DNA of 64,000 nt, taken from contig JAEDMP010000002.1 of NCBI GenBank assembly GCA_016302965.1, forward strand, positions 5,358 to 69,357, read 5' to 3'. Below the pieces are notes generated by a model. The model did not search any database. It was not told the DNA's origin and saw nothing but the letters and a program-made list of their open reading frames with translations. Shown in pieces: positions 46,082 through 55,945 of this stretch (the stretch's first letter is position 1; each line of letters begins with the position of its first letter). Source of the DNA: Bacteroidaceae bacterium. Lineage in GTDB: Bacteria > Bacteroidota > Bacteroidia > Bacteroidales > Bacteroidaceae. Made by a program: the position numbers and the translations under genes.

Positions 46082-47152
46082 ATGACTGATATGAATATAT
46101 CCCCCACCATCGAGACGCTGAAGCAGGATGCTTTGTCCTGTCTTCGCCAACTGATTGCCATCCCCTCTGTCAGCCGCGACGAAACGGCGGCGGCTGACTG
46201 CCTGCAAGCACACATGGAGACTTGGCAACTGCATCCGCAACGCGAGGCCAACAACCTCTATCTCATCGACCCCGACTATGACGAGCGGCGGGAGACCATC
46301 CTGCTCAATGCCCATATCGACACTGTCAAACAGGCTGCCTCCTGGCAGCGTAACCCCTTTGAACCCATGCTCGAAGGCGACCGCCTCTACGGTCTGGGCA
46401 GCAATGACTGTGGCGGTGGGCTTGTAACCCTGCTCCAGGTATACCGCTATCTCATCAGCCGTCCGCGGCAGCGCAACTATGTCTATGTGGCTTCGGCTGA
46501 GGAGGAGGTGAGCGGCAAGGACGGATTCAGCCGCGTATTGCCCCTCCTTCCCCGGGTGGATGTGGCTATCGTGGGAGAACCCACGGGGATGCAGCCGGCA
46601 GTGGCGGAGCGCGGACTGATGGTCATCGACGGAACAGCGCACGGCAAGTCGGGACATGCCGCCCGCAACGAAGGGGTGAATGCCATCCATGAAGTGCTGG
46701 AAGATTTGCTGTGGTTGCGTGACTACCGTTTTGAAAAGGTGAGCGAACGTTTGGGACCCACCCGTATGAGTGTCACGGTTATCCAGGCCGGCACGCAGCA
46801 TAATGTGGTGCCCGATGCCTGCCATTTCGTGGTGGATGTGCGCACCAATGAGTGCTATACCAATGAGGAGGTGTTCCGTATCATCGATGCCCATACCAAG
46901 AGTGAGATGAAGGCACGCTCGTTCCGCCTCTCGTCATCCTCTGTTCCGATGGGCCATCCCTTGGTGGAACGGTGCTTGCAGTTGGGACTCAAGCCCTTCG
47001 GTTCGCCCACGCTCAGCGACCAGGCCTTGATGCCCTTCCCCTCGCTGAAGATGGGTCCCGGCGACTCTGCCCGTTCGCATGCCGCCGATGAATACATCTG
47101 TGTGAGTGAGATAGAGGGAGCCATCGACCTGTATCTGCGGCTCCTGTCGTGA
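46082..47152 (+). CDS. M20 family metallohydrolase (ArgE/acetylornithine deacetylase-like)
   Basis: LLNAHIDTV, GLGSNDCGG, AEEE, GEPT, GKSGHAA, SHAADEY. Confidence 0.88.
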   Translation: MTDMNISPTIETLKQDALSCLRQLIAIPSVSRDETAAADCLQAHMETWQLHPQREANNLYLIDPDYDERRETILLNAHIDTVKQAASWQRNPFEPMLEGDRLYGLGSNDCGGGLVTLLQVYRYLISRPRQRNYVYVASAEEEVSGKDGFSRVLPLLPRVDVAIVGEPTGMQPAVAERGLMVIDGTAHGKSGHAARNEGVNAIHEVLEDLLWLRDYRFEKVSERLGPTRMSVTVIQAGTQHNVVPDACHFVVDVRTNECYTNEEVFRIIDAHTKSEMKARSFRLSSSSVPMGHPLVERCLQLGLKPFGSPTLSDQALMPFPSLKMGPGDSARSHAADEYICVSEIEGAIDLYLRLLS

Positions 47153-47167
47153 AGCCTGAGGAGGGGC

Positions 47168-48808
47168 TTATCGTCCCAACCACACTTCGGGGTTGAGTTT
47201 GCTCGTCTCCCGGCGCAACTGGAACTGGAGGATATGCTCTGCACCCACGGTGCCGATGACCTGGCGGGTGCTCACCTTCTGTCCGCGGTGTACGAAGACG
47301 GATCCCAGGTTGCAGTAGACGGAGATATAACTGCCGTGGCGCACCATCACACCCGTGGTGCCACCCAGGCTGAACACCGCACTCACCTCGCCGTCGAAGA
47401 TGCTGCGTACCTGTGCCCCGGGTTTGCCCATGATATTGATGCCCTTGTTGTCGAGGGTCACGTTCTTCAGTCCCTCCACATGGTATTGTCCGAAATGGCT
47501 CACGATGCGGTAGCCACCTGCCACGGGCATGGGCAGACGGCCCCGGTTGCTCTCGAAACTGCCACTGATGCGGCGGTCTTCTGAGTCCATCTCGTAGAGG
47601 GTGGTGCTCTCCCGTTTGGCTTCTGCCATCTCCTTCTCGTGGGCCTTGGCCTCGGCTGCGGCCTTCTTCTCCGCCTCCTTGCGGGCGCGTTCAGCCTCGG
47701 CAGCCGCTTGTTCCGCAGCCCGTTTCTCCTCTTCCGAACGCTTGGCGGCCTCGCGCGCCTTGGCCTTCAGCCGCTCTTCGTTGGCTTTGGCTTCGGCAAT
47801 GCGGCGGGCATTCTCACGGGCAGCCGCTTCGGCGGCGGCTTTCTTCCGGGCCAGTTCTTCGGCACGCTTCCGGGCAGCCTCGGCAGCGGCCTTCCGTTTG
47901 GCTTCGGCAGCGGCACGGGCTCGGGCCTTCTCCACCTCGATGGCGATGAGCTTATCAATCTGGGCGTTGATGGCCGCGTCTTTCTGTTTCTGGGTGCTGA
48001 TGATTTTCTGGATGGTCTTCTGCTCCTTCTGCAGTGTCTTCACCACCTGCTGTTGCTCCTCCTGCTTGTTTTCCAGGTTCTTGTGCTCGGCGATGCCCCG
48101 GTTGAGCAGCACGTTCTTCTCCTGTTTGGTAAGGGTGAGTTCGGCCTGTTTCTCCTCCAGCTGTTTGCGCTTGCTCTTCACCATCTCGCCCTGGGCGCGC
48201 TGGTAGCTGGCATATTCGCGCACGAACCGCATGCGGCGGAACATCTGTGTGAAGTTCTTGGCACTGAAGATGAACATCAGTTGGCTTTGTATCGACTGGT
48301 TGCGGTGCATGTAGCGCATCGACTTGATATAGCGGGCTTTCCGCTCTTCCAGTTCCTTGTTCAACTGGTCAATCTGACTGTTGAGTTGGGCGATGTTGCC
48401 ATCCAGCCGGTTGATGTCGTGGCGGATGGTGTCGATGGTTTTGCGCTTGTCGGCAATCTCGGTATTGATGACGAGCAGATTGTGCAGTCTCTTCTTCACG
48501 TTCTGCTCGTTGGAGCGGAGTTTCTGTTCCTGTTCCTTGATATGTTTCTTGATTTGTGCGCTCTCATTCTTCAGGCCTTTGATGGAGGCCGTTTCCTTGA
48601 CGGCAGTAGTGCTCTGTTTCCCTTTTTTGCTGCTTTTTTTGGTGCTTCTTGTCCGGGTGGCTGTTTTTTTGGAGGTGGTCTTTCTGGAGGCCTGGGTCTT
48701 GCTCCGGGTCGTGGTTCTTTTCTGTGTATTGCTGGTCTGTGCGATGGCATCGGGTGCCATCACGCTCAGCGTCAGTAAGCATACCAATATAGAGAGGAGT
48801 CTGTTCAT
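47168..48808 (-). CDS. envC: EnvC-like murein hydrolase activator (coiled coil plus degenerate M23/LytM domain)
   Basis: Long coiled coil and Ala/Lys/Glu-rich linker; LytM Zn ligands degenerate (NKGINI, YCNL, LQFQLR). Confidence 0.8.
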   Translation of the reverse strand: MNRLLSILVCLLTLSVMAPDAIAQTSNTQKRTTTRSKTQASRKTTSKKTATRTRSTKKSSKKGKQSTTAVKETASIKGLKNESAQIKKHIKEQEQKLRSNEQNVKKRLHNLLVINTEIADKRKTIDTIRHDINRLDGNIAQLNSQIDQLNKELEERKARYIKSMRYMHRNQSIQSQLMFIFSAKNFTQMFRRMRFVREYASYQRAQGEMVKSKRKQLEEKQAELTLTKQEKNVLLNRGIAEHKNLENKQEEQQQVVKTLQKEQKTIQKIISTQKQKDAAINAQIDKLIAIEVEKARARAAAEAKRKAAAEAARKRAEELARKKAAAEAAARENARRIAEAKANEERLKAKAREAAKRSEEEKRAAEQAAAEAERARKEAEKKAAAEAKAHEKEMAEAKRESTTLYEMDSEDRRISGSFESNRGRLPMPVAGGYRIVSHFGQYHVEGLKNVTLDNKGINIMGKPGAQVRSIFDGEVSAVFSLGGTTGVMVRHGSYISVYCNLGSVFVHRGQKVSTRQVIGTVGAEHILQFQLRRETSKLNPEVWLGR

Positions 48809-48883
48809 CAAATCAATACTTCCGTTTGCGACAATAATTGCAGTATTTTTTATGGGTGGCGCTGTGTATGGCCACGGGCAGGG

Positions 48884-49744
48884 TTAGAGGGCCATGAATC
48901 GGCGCAGGATATCATCGACCTTCACTTCCTTGTATCTGCCTGATATCGTGGTGCGGGGTTCCCATTCCGTTTCGTTGTCAAGATAGTTGAGAGTCATCTT
49001 GATGGAAATCTCCTTGTTGGGAAGGTTCAGGCGTATCTGGTGTCTGGTGGGGAACTTGCTTCCCGAGAAAGGCTGGAACTCGCTGTAGTCCCAGTTCAGT
49101 TGGGAGTTGCCGTGGATAAGGTCTCTGTAGAGGATGTTCGACATCTTGATTTCTTCTCCCGTCTCGTTGAGCAGCCACTTGTATGACAACTTGTCCTTGT
49201 CGTATTTCAGGATGACATTGTCGCTCTCTTTCACGGCATTGAAGGAGGACAGCGCCTCATTGTCCAAAGCGGTTCTGCCAGGCATGAAGAGTTCGTTCCA
49301 GAAGAGAGCCTGCAGGGTATTGAAGTTGATGCCGCTGGTGCGCAGGAAGTCGAGATGGGAGTAGGGTACTTTCAGGTATTGCTTGTTGATTCGGTCCATG
49401 ATGAGCACATACTCTTTGGTAAACTCGATGCGGGCGGCTTCCACAAAGCCGAATGCCATCAGCTGCAGGCGGATGACGTCATTCTTTCTCATCTTCAGGT
49501 TGCCGGTGAGCGACACGTTCTGGTTGCCCATCACCACGCTGAACTTGATTTTTGAGGTGATAAACTCTGAGTTCAGATGCTTTTGGGCAATCTTGTCGGT
49601 GTAGGAACGCAGGTCGTTTTCGGCCGTTTCACCGTTGCTGAGTGCGGACAGCTGCTGGCTGTCAATCTTTGAACTGGTGCGGCAGGAGTTGAACATCAGT
49701 GGCAATGCCAGGGTCAGGGCGGTGAGGAGTTGGATAGCTTTCAT
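48884..49744 (-). CDS. DUF4292 domain lipoprotein
   Basis: Lipobox FNSC; LKMRKNDVIRL, DRINKQY, LQALFWN; position in the dut-TPR-DUF4292-envC order typical of Bacteroidales. Confidence 0.75.
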   Translation of the reverse strand: MKAIQLLTALTLALPLMFNSCRTSSKIDSQQLSALSNGETAENDLRSYTDKIAQKHLNSEFITSKIKFSVVMGNQNVSLTGNLKMRKNDVIRLQLMAFGFVEAARIEFTKEYVLIMDRINKQYLKVPYSHLDFLRTSGINFNTLQALFWNELFMPGRTALDNEALSSFNAVKESDNVILKYDKDKLSYKWLLNETGEEIKMSNILYRDLIHGNSQLNWDYSEFQPFSGSKFPTRHQIRLNLPNKEISIKMTLNYLDNETEWEPRTTISGRYKEVKVDDILRRFMAL

Positions 49745-49802
49745 GAGTTTATTCTTTTTTGGAGATGGATCGTGATAGGGTTATTTTCTCGGGGGTATGG
49801 AG

Positions 49803-51533
49803 TTATTGTTTCAGATATTTCTTCCGTTTGATTTTCCGGAAGAGGGTCTTGTTCTCTTTGGCAGTCTGTTGGGCGGCGGCTTTCTGCCAGTATTCCATGG
49901 CTTTTGCGATGTCGCCGCAGCAGGCATAGATGTCGCCCGCATGTTCCAGCAGAATCACGCTGTTGGTGCTGTCGTTCTGTAGGGCTTGCTCGATGTAGAT
50001 GCGGGCTTCGGAGTGGCGGCCCTGTGTGAAGAGAATCCAGGCGTAGGTGTCGAGGTTGTTGGCGTTCTTGGCATCCAGTTCGATGCTCTTTCGGCTCATC
50101 TTCTCCGCCTTGTCCAGTTCGATGTTGTCGAGACAGAGGTAGTAGGCGTAGTTGTTCAGGCTGCCGGCATCGTCGGGCTTCCATTGCAGGCACGAGTCAT
50201 AGGCGGCATAGGCCTGGCTCTTCAGCCCCTTCTTGTAGAGCAGTTCGGCCATGATTTCATAGAAGTTGGCGGCTTCATCGTTCCCGGTCTCAGCGTTGAT
50301 GAAGTCTTTGCCTTTCTGGAGGATATCCAGTGCCTGGTCGTATTTGTCCATCCGGTAGGAGGCCACTCCCTGGTAATAGTAGAAGCCGACAAACTCAGGG
50401 TTATACAGGTTGCCGTCCTTGCAGAGGGTCACCACCTTGTTCATGTCGTTTTGATTCCAGGCATAGAGCATCAGGCGCAGGCGGGCGGGGATGTTGTCGG
50501 GACTGATGCCGAGCACCTGTTGCAGCAGTGGCTGGATGCTGTCTTTCGGCATCTCTTTCATCTCCATGTAGGAGGCGTAGAGCAGCAGCAGGTCTGTGCC
50601 CTCCTGTTTTTGGCGGGTGGCGAGGCGGAAGAGATTGAGCACGGCAGTGCTGTCGCCTCCTGCCTCCTCGTTTTTCCTGATTTCCTCATTCATCACCACA
50701 CATTTCAGCTCCTCGCTTGCCTGGGGGAGGGTGAGCAGGTCCCGGGTGATGGAATCGAGCTTGAGTGTGTCGCCTTTCTGTTTGTAGATGGCTTTCAGCG
50801 CAATCATGGCGCGGATGTTGTCGGGTGCTTCCCGGTGGATTTCCTCCAGTATACGCTCCCCCTCTTGGGCTTGTCCGTTGCGGTAGAGCATGTCGGCATA
50901 AAGACAACGGTAGTTCACGTCGCTGGGATATTGGTCGGCCAGTGCTTTCGTCTCGTTGATGGCAGCCTGCTGGTTGCCCATGCGGGTATAGAGATCGCTC
51001 TTGATATAGGTGAGCCGTTCGCTTTTCCCCTCCACCTCCTCCAGCCGGGATGCGGTGGAAACGGCCTTTTCCAGCTGGTTCTCCTGCTCATAGAGTTGGA
51101 TGAGTATCGACAACAGGTCTTCCCGTTCCTTGTCCTGTTCCAGCACCTTTTCAATGGCAGCGATGGCATCGGGGTATCTCCGGTTGTTGATATACGAGGC
51201 GGCCAGCGTCTCGATGAAGGTGGGGTTGGAGGGTTCGAGCTTGGCGGCCCTTTCCAGCAGCCGCAGAGCCTGTTCCTTGTCCTTCAGTTCTTCGTAGTAT
51301 TGGGAGAGGAAAAAATAGGCCTCGGCCTTGGTTGAGTCGATCTCCGTGCAGTGGCGGAACATCTCGAAAGCCGCATCTGACTCGCCTTTCTCGCGGTGCA
51401 TCATCGCCTCCATGAAGAAGCGGTCATACCGCTTGTCGCTGTCTTCGTCGGCCATCACGTGCGGGCTGAACCCCAGGAGGAGGCCCAGCAGCAGGAGATG
51501 CGAAAGAGGAAGTATCGTAAAAGACGTTTTCAT
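49803..51533 (-). CDS. Tetratricopeptide repeat protein, exported
   Basis: Multiple TPR helices; LNNYAYYL..., NLDTYAWILF, LEHAGDIY. Confidence 0.88.
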   Translation of the reverse strand: MKTSFTILPLSHLLLLGLLLGFSPHVMADEDSDKRYDRFFMEAMMHREKGESDAAFEMFRHCTEIDSTKAEAYFFLSQYYEELKDKEQALRLLERAAKLEPSNPTFIETLAASYINNRRYPDAIAAIEKVLEQDKEREDLLSILIQLYEQENQLEKAVSTASRLEEVEGKSERLTYIKSDLYTRMGNQQAAINETKALADQYPSDVNYRCLYADMLYRNGQAQEGERILEEIHREAPDNIRAMIALKAIYKQKGDTLKLDSITRDLLTLPQASEELKCVVMNEEIRKNEEAGGDSTAVLNLFRLATRQKQEGTDLLLLYASYMEMKEMPKDSIQPLLQQVLGISPDNIPARLRLMLYAWNQNDMNKVVTLCKDGNLYNPEFVGFYYYQGVASYRMDKYDQALDILQKGKDFINAETGNDEAANFYEIMAELLYKKGLKSQAYAAYDSCLQWKPDDAGSLNNYAYYLCLDNIELDKAEKMSRKSIELDAKNANNLDTYAWILFTQGRHSEARIYIEQALQNDSTNSVILLEHAGDIYACCGDIAKAMEYWQKAAAQQTAKENKTLFRKIKRKKYLKQ

Positions 51534-51583
51534 CGTATGTTGCACTTGCGTTATAATGGAATGATGGGTGCTTGTAAAGGTGA

Positions 51584-52018
51584 TTATTGGATGCCGGTAT
51601 GCCCGTATCCACCTGCTCCTCGTTCGGTTTCATCCAGCGTGTCGACCGTCTCGAAGGTGGCCTGTTCGTGGCGTGCGATGACCATCTGGGCGATACGTTC
51701 GCCGTCGTTGACGACAAAGGGCGTGTCGGAGAGGTTAACCAGCAAGACCATGATTTCACCCCGATAGTCGGCATCGATGGTTCCGGGCGAGTTGAGCACG
51801 GTCAGCCCGTGTTTGAGTGCCAGACCGCTGCGGGGGCGCACCTGCGCTTCATATCCTTCTGGCAGGGCCATGTACAGTCCCGTTCCGATGAGCTTGCGCT
51901 CCAGGGGATTCAGCGTGATGGGCGACTGGATATTGGCTCTCAAATCCATGCCTGCACTCTGTGGCGTGGCGTAGGCTGGAAGCGGGTGATGGCTCTTGTT
52001 GATGATTCTGATTTTCAT
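51584..52018 (-). CDS. dut: dUTP diphosphatase
   Basis: [37 protein letters not shown]. Confidence 0.97.
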   Translation of the reverse strand: MKIRIINKSHHPLPAYATPQSAGMDLRANIQSPITLNPLERKLIGTGLYMALPEGYEAQVRPRSGLALKHGLTVLNSPGTIDADYRGEIMVLLVNLSDTPFVVNDGERIAQMVIARHEQATFETVDTLDETERGAGGYGHTGIQ

Positions 52019-52158
52019 GTTAGGTATGGTTTGTCACATTATGAATGCGCAAAATTACTGATTTCTCTTTGAATGACCAATGATTTTTCGCCAAAAAGCA
52101 TATTTTTATGTAAAAAAGCATTATATTTGCATCTGTTAATGAGATTAATCCGTCTGTT

Positions 52159-53499
52159 ATGATGAATTGGAACCAACTAATCACCAACAAAAGACTGGGC
52201 CAGGAGTCGAAGCACGGTGAGCGCCATGACGACCGGACCGAGTTCAAGCGCGACTACGACCGTCTGATTTTTTCCGCCCCCTTCCGTCGCCTGCAGAACA
52301 AAACGCAAGTGTTCCCTCTGCCGGGCAGCATCTTTGTGCATAACCGTCTTACTCACAGTTTGGAGGTGGCGAGTGTGGGCATGTCTTTGGGCTGTGATGT
52401 GGCACGCCAACTCACAGCCAGGAACCCCGAGCTGGCCCAGACGATGATTGGTGAAATCGGGCAGATTGTAGCCACTGCCTGCCTGGCCCATGACATGGGC
52501 AATCCGCCCTTTGGCCATTCTGGTGAGAAAGCCATCCAGACCTTCTTCTCCGAGGGACCGGGTAGCCGGCTGAGGAGGCAGGTCTCTGAGCGCTTCTGGA
52601 GTGACATCACCCACTTTGAAGGTAATGCCAATGCCTTCCGTCTGCTCACCCATCGCTTCAAGGGACGCCGTACGGGCGGTTTTGTGCTCACTTATTCCAC
52701 CTTGGCCAGCATTGTGAAATATCCCTTCTCCTCGTCTCTTGCCGGTGGAAAAGGCAAGTTCGGATTCTTTGAGAGTGAGCGTGAATATTTTCAGCGTATT
52801 GCCGATGAAATGGGCATTATTTGTGTCGAATCGTCTGATTCCGGCCTGCGCTATAGTCGCCATCCATTGGTCTATCTGGTGGAGGCCGCCGATGATATCT
52901 GCTATGAGGTGATGGATATCGAAGATGCCCATAAGCTGAAGATTCTCAGCTATGAGGAGACCTCCAGCCTCCTGCTGGGATTTTTTGATGAGGCAACACA
53001 GTGCCATATCCTGAAGCGCATTGAAGATGAGGGACTGACCGACAACAACGAGAAGATTGTCTACATGCGTGCCAACGCCATTGGTATGCTGGAACGCGAG
53101 TGTGTGAAAGCTTTTGTCAACCATGAGCAGGAGATTCTCTCCGGCACGTTCCGCGGCTCGCTGGTTGATGCCATCAGCGAGGTGCCGAAACAGGCTTACC
53201 GCAAATGTGCCGACCTGTCCATGCGGCGCATCTATTGCAGCAAGCCAGTATTGGATGTGGAACTCTCTGGTTACAAGATCATGGAAACGCTGATGGAACA
53301 GATGACCGAGGCTGTCTGCCATCCCGGCAGATACTATTCGCAGCAGCTCATCAGCCGTGTGTCCAGCCAGTATGACATCGATTCGGCCGACCTGGAGACC
53401 CGCCTCATGGCAGTCATCGACTATATCAGCGGCATGACCGATATCTATGCCCTCGATGTCTACCAGAAAATTAACGGCATCAGCCTGCCCATTGTCTGA
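52159..53499 (+). CDS. dgt: dGTP triphosphohydrolase
   Basis: RDYDRL..FRRLQNKTQV, RLTHSLEV, AHDMGNPPFGHSGE, FEGNA, EAADDICY, DYISGMTD. Confidence 0.93.
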   Translation: MMNWNQLITNKRLGQESKHGERHDDRTEFKRDYDRLIFSAPFRRLQNKTQVFPLPGSIFVHNRLTHSLEVASVGMSLGCDVARQLTARNPELAQTMIGEIGQIVATACLAHDMGNPPFGHSGEKAIQTFFSEGPGSRLRRQVSERFWSDITHFEGNANAFRLLTHRFKGRRTGGFVLTYSTLASIVKYPFSSSLAGGKGKFGFFESEREYFQRIADEMGIICVESSDSGLRYSRHPLVYLVEAADDICYEVMDIEDAHKLKILSYEETSSLLLGFFDEATQCHILKRIEDEGLTDNNEKIVYMRANAIGMLERECVKAFVNHEQEILSGTFRGSLVDAISEVPKQAYRKCADLSMRRIYCSKPVLDVELSGYKIMETLMEQMTEAVCHPGRYYSQQLISRVSSQYDIDSADLETRLMAVIDYISGMTDIYALDVYQKINGISLPIV

Positions 53500-53520
53500 T
53501 GGATGCAGGGTGATGCCGTT
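53473..53520. terminator. Hairpin spanning the dgt stop between convergent genes
   Basis: AACGGCATCAGCCTGC ... GCAGGGTGATGCCGTT (one mismatch). Confidence 0.55.
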
Positions 53521-53521
53521 G

Positions 53522-53581
53522 GTTCCTGATGTTTTGAACTTGTTCCTGATGTTTTGAACTTGTTCCTGATGGCTGGAACTT
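53522..53581. repeat. 20-bp tandem repeat, 3 copies
   Basis: GTTCCTGATGTTTTGAACTT x2 plus GTTCCTGATGGCTGGAACTT. Confidence 0.88.
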
Positions 53582-54569
53582 ATTCCTTGTAGATGACATT
53601 GTTGGCTCCACTGGTAATCTTCAGTGCCTCGGGATGTTCCTTGATGAAGGAGTCGATGTGGCGCATGCGCTTCTCTTCCAGAATCTCGTCGACGGCAATC
53701 AGGATGCCGGTTTCCTCCACATCGCCGAAACCATCGTTGATGGCGGTGCCGAAGAGTTTCATGGTGGGACTCAGACTCATGTAGGCGTTGACCAATGGCG
53801 GGATGTTGAGACCCAGTTTGCGCACCTCACGGTTGAGGATGCGGTAGTCGTCCTTGAACGATTCCTCACAGAAAAGTTTCTTCAGTTCCTCTGGGTCTTC
53901 CTCGATTTCCAACGGTTTCATCGGGGTGATGAGGTTCTCTTTGTCATCGAAGTGCTTCTTCAGGAAATAGAGAATCATGTCGCGTCCCTTACGGATATAA
54001 GAGGGGTACATGGTCATCTTGCCGAAGAAATACTTCACGTTGGGCTTGATGACGGTCAGTGCACCCAGACCGTCCCAGAGGTTGTCGAGGGCGAACAGGC
54101 TTTTGCTGCCGTTCTTGTTGGTGTTCTGATAGGCCAATGACACGAAACTGCGTCCCAGTTCGATGGTTTGGGGCATGTAGTCGCGCATGAACCGCTCGGA
54201 GAAGTGGAACATGTGGCTGGTGGCAAGGATGGGCTGGCCGTCGGCACCCACCTCCACATCGGTGCCCAGGATATAGCGGTAGCCGCCGATAATCTCTTCA
54301 GCCTCGGGGTTCCACACGATGAGCTGTTTGTAGCAGTTATCCATCGTGTCAAATTCGTCCAGGTCGTAGGGCTTGCCTGTTCCTCCGCCAGCCTCTCTGA
54401 ATGCGATTTCCCTCAGTCGTCCAATCTCCAGCAGGACATTGGGCGCATTGTGGGCATCAACGATATAAATCTCGTTGTGACTCTTGTTGGTCATTCTGAG
54501 CTGGCGTTCAGGTGTCAGTTCTTTTTTGAGCAGTTCCTTGGAAATAGGCTGAATGATTTCCTTTACCAT
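53580..54569 (-). CDS. glsB: GNAT-type N-acyltransferase ('hemolysin'), likely glycine-lipid N-acyltransferase
   Basis: EIGRLREIAFREAGGGTG, DLDEFD, IGGYRY, IELGRSFV, LDNLWDGL, IPPLVNAY; paired with a PlsC-like gene next to dcw. Confidence 0.75.
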   Translation of the reverse strand: MVKEIIQPISKELLKKELTPERQLRMTNKSHNEIYIVDAHNAPNVLLEIGRLREIAFREAGGGTGKPYDLDEFDTMDNCYKQLIVWNPEAEEIIGGYRYILGTDVEVGADGQPILATSHMFHFSERFMRDYMPQTIELGRSFVSLAYQNTNKNGSKSLFALDNLWDGLGALTVIKPNVKYFFGKMTMYPSYIRKGRDMILYFLKKHFDDKENLITPMKPLEIEEDPEELKKLFCEESFKDDYRILNREVRKLGLNIPPLVNAYMSLSPTMKLFGTAINDGFGDVEETGILIAVDEILEEKRMRHIDSFIKEHPEALKITSGANNVIYKE

Positions 54570-54629
54570 TTTTTTTCTTTTTGAGGTTTGTTTTTTTATC
54601 CATTTGTTGTTGGGGGCTTGTCAGCCGCA

Positions 54630-55457
54630 TCATAGCTCGTAGACGCGCTCCTTCACATATTGAGCCCACTGTTGGGGCGTTTTGCTCTTGTCGAAGGTCT
54701 GCCAGGGGATGGGCTTGCCGATGGCCACCCGGAAGGTCTTGTGCACATTTTTGTACATTTCATCGACCAGGAAGAGCATGGCGATGTTCACTTTCTTCAC
54801 GTAGTTGTCGGAGAAATTGGCCAGACGGTAGAAAAATTCCGAGTTCTGTCCGCCAAAATGGATGGGAACCACGTCGCGCTGGTATTCCACACTCTTGGTG
54901 ATGAAGGTCTTTTTCCATTCGATGTCCTGGATGACACCATTCCTTTTGCGGGAGCAGATGCCGGCGGGGAACATCAGCATGTGGTTGTCGCTCTTGAATC
55001 CGGCCTCTACCATGGCAGGGAAGTTGCGGCTTTGTGACCCCGTCTTGTTGATGGGGATGCACACGGGAGCCAGTCCGGGCAGGTTCATGAGGATGTCGTT
55101 GACGAGATAGCGGAAGCGTCCGTCGTAATGTCTGCCGATAATGGCACCCAGGGCCACACCGTCTTCGCCCCCCAGCGGATGGTTGCTGACGAAGGTGTAG
55201 AGCTTGCCGTCATTCTTGTCGGGCAGATTTTCTTCACCCACCAGTTCGAGGGTCATGTCGAGATAGCGTACACACTCCTCCAGCCAGTCGGTCCCCGACA
55301 GGTGACGGCTCTCCCATAGATATTTGTTCACCTCATCCTGGTGGATGATGTGTTTGAGCCAGTTGGTCAAGGGTTTGGGCACAAAGCGGGCTTTGGGACC
55401 CATCTTACTCTTCAACACCTTTTCGATGTCGATTGTGTTTTGTGTAACCTGTTCCAT
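54630..55457 (-). CDS. glsA: PlsC-like acyltransferase, likely glycine-lipid O-acyltransferase
   Basis: NHxxxxD (NHPLGGED), MFPAG, WKKTFI, VVPIHF; start MEQVTQ downstream of TACTTTTG at 55505-55512. Confidence 0.72.
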   Translation of the reverse strand: MEQVTQNTIDIEKVLKSKMGPKARFVPKPLTNWLKHIIHQDEVNKYLWESRHLSGTDWLEECVRYLDMTLELVGEENLPDKNDGKLYTFVSNHPLGGEDGVALGAIIGRHYDGRFRYLVNDILMNLPGLAPVCIPINKTGSQSRNFPAMVEAGFKSDNHMLMFPAGICSRKRNGVIQDIEWKKTFITKSVEYQRDVVPIHFGGQNSEFFYRLANFSDNYVKKVNIAMLFLVDEMYKNVHKTFRVAIGKPIPWQTFDKSKTPQQWAQYVKERVYEL

Positions 55458-55669
55458 TCTCTCTTTTGACGTTCCTAAATGACGTTTGTTTACTAACCGT
55501 GATGCAAAAGTAACTAAATCCTTTGTATTAAGCGACATTTTTCTCTAAAAATTCGAAAAAAACTTTGAATTGTGCATGATTTTGTCTGTTTTTCGTTCAT
55601 TTCTGCCTTTCTTTTGTCTTTTTTTCCTGCTTCATAAGGAGTGTTCAGATTTTCCTTTCTGCCTCTGAC

Positions 55670-55720
55670 CTGCCTCCGTTCTGCCTCCGTTCTGATTCCG
55701 TTGTGACTCCGTTGTGCCTC
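55670..55720. repeat. Degenerate 11-bp tandem repeat, about 4.5 copies
   Basis: CTGCCTCCGTT CTGCCTCCGTT CTGATTCCGTT GTGACTCCGTT GTGCCTC. Confidence 0.75.
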
Positions 55721-55945
55721 TTATTTCTGAAGGCTGAAATGCCGATAAACACTGGGGTTTCGGCGATTTCAGATAAGAGACCGATAAGAGCAAGGCTCTG
55801 CAAACAGGGGTAGGGCTGGCCGGATGCCATCAGAAAGGGTCCGTATGCCCCACCCGGCGTTATTTGTCCGTTGTTTCTTAAGTGGTTGAAAATAAGGATT
55901 ATAAAATGAATGCCAAGAAAAGATGAAAAATAATTTGTAAAAAGT

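Noticed and set aside
47600..47960. Ala/Lys/Glu/Arg repeat region resembling TolA or a DNA repeat element
   Set aside because: Low-complexity helical linker within the EnvC-like ORF; frame intact
52159..53499. dGTPase as an anti-phage defence gene
   Set aside because: It sits in the housekeeping glsB-dgt-dut-TPR-envC context with host-like codon usage and no defence-island neighbours
53522..53581. Possible mini-CRISPR from the 20-bp repeats (also considered for 19977-20118)
   Set aside because: Repeats are contiguous with no unique spacers, and there are no cas genes
55879..55891. IHF-like site TAAGTGGTTGAAA upstream of mraZ
   Set aside because: One mismatch to a degenerate consensus in AT-rich DNA; not distinguishable from chance
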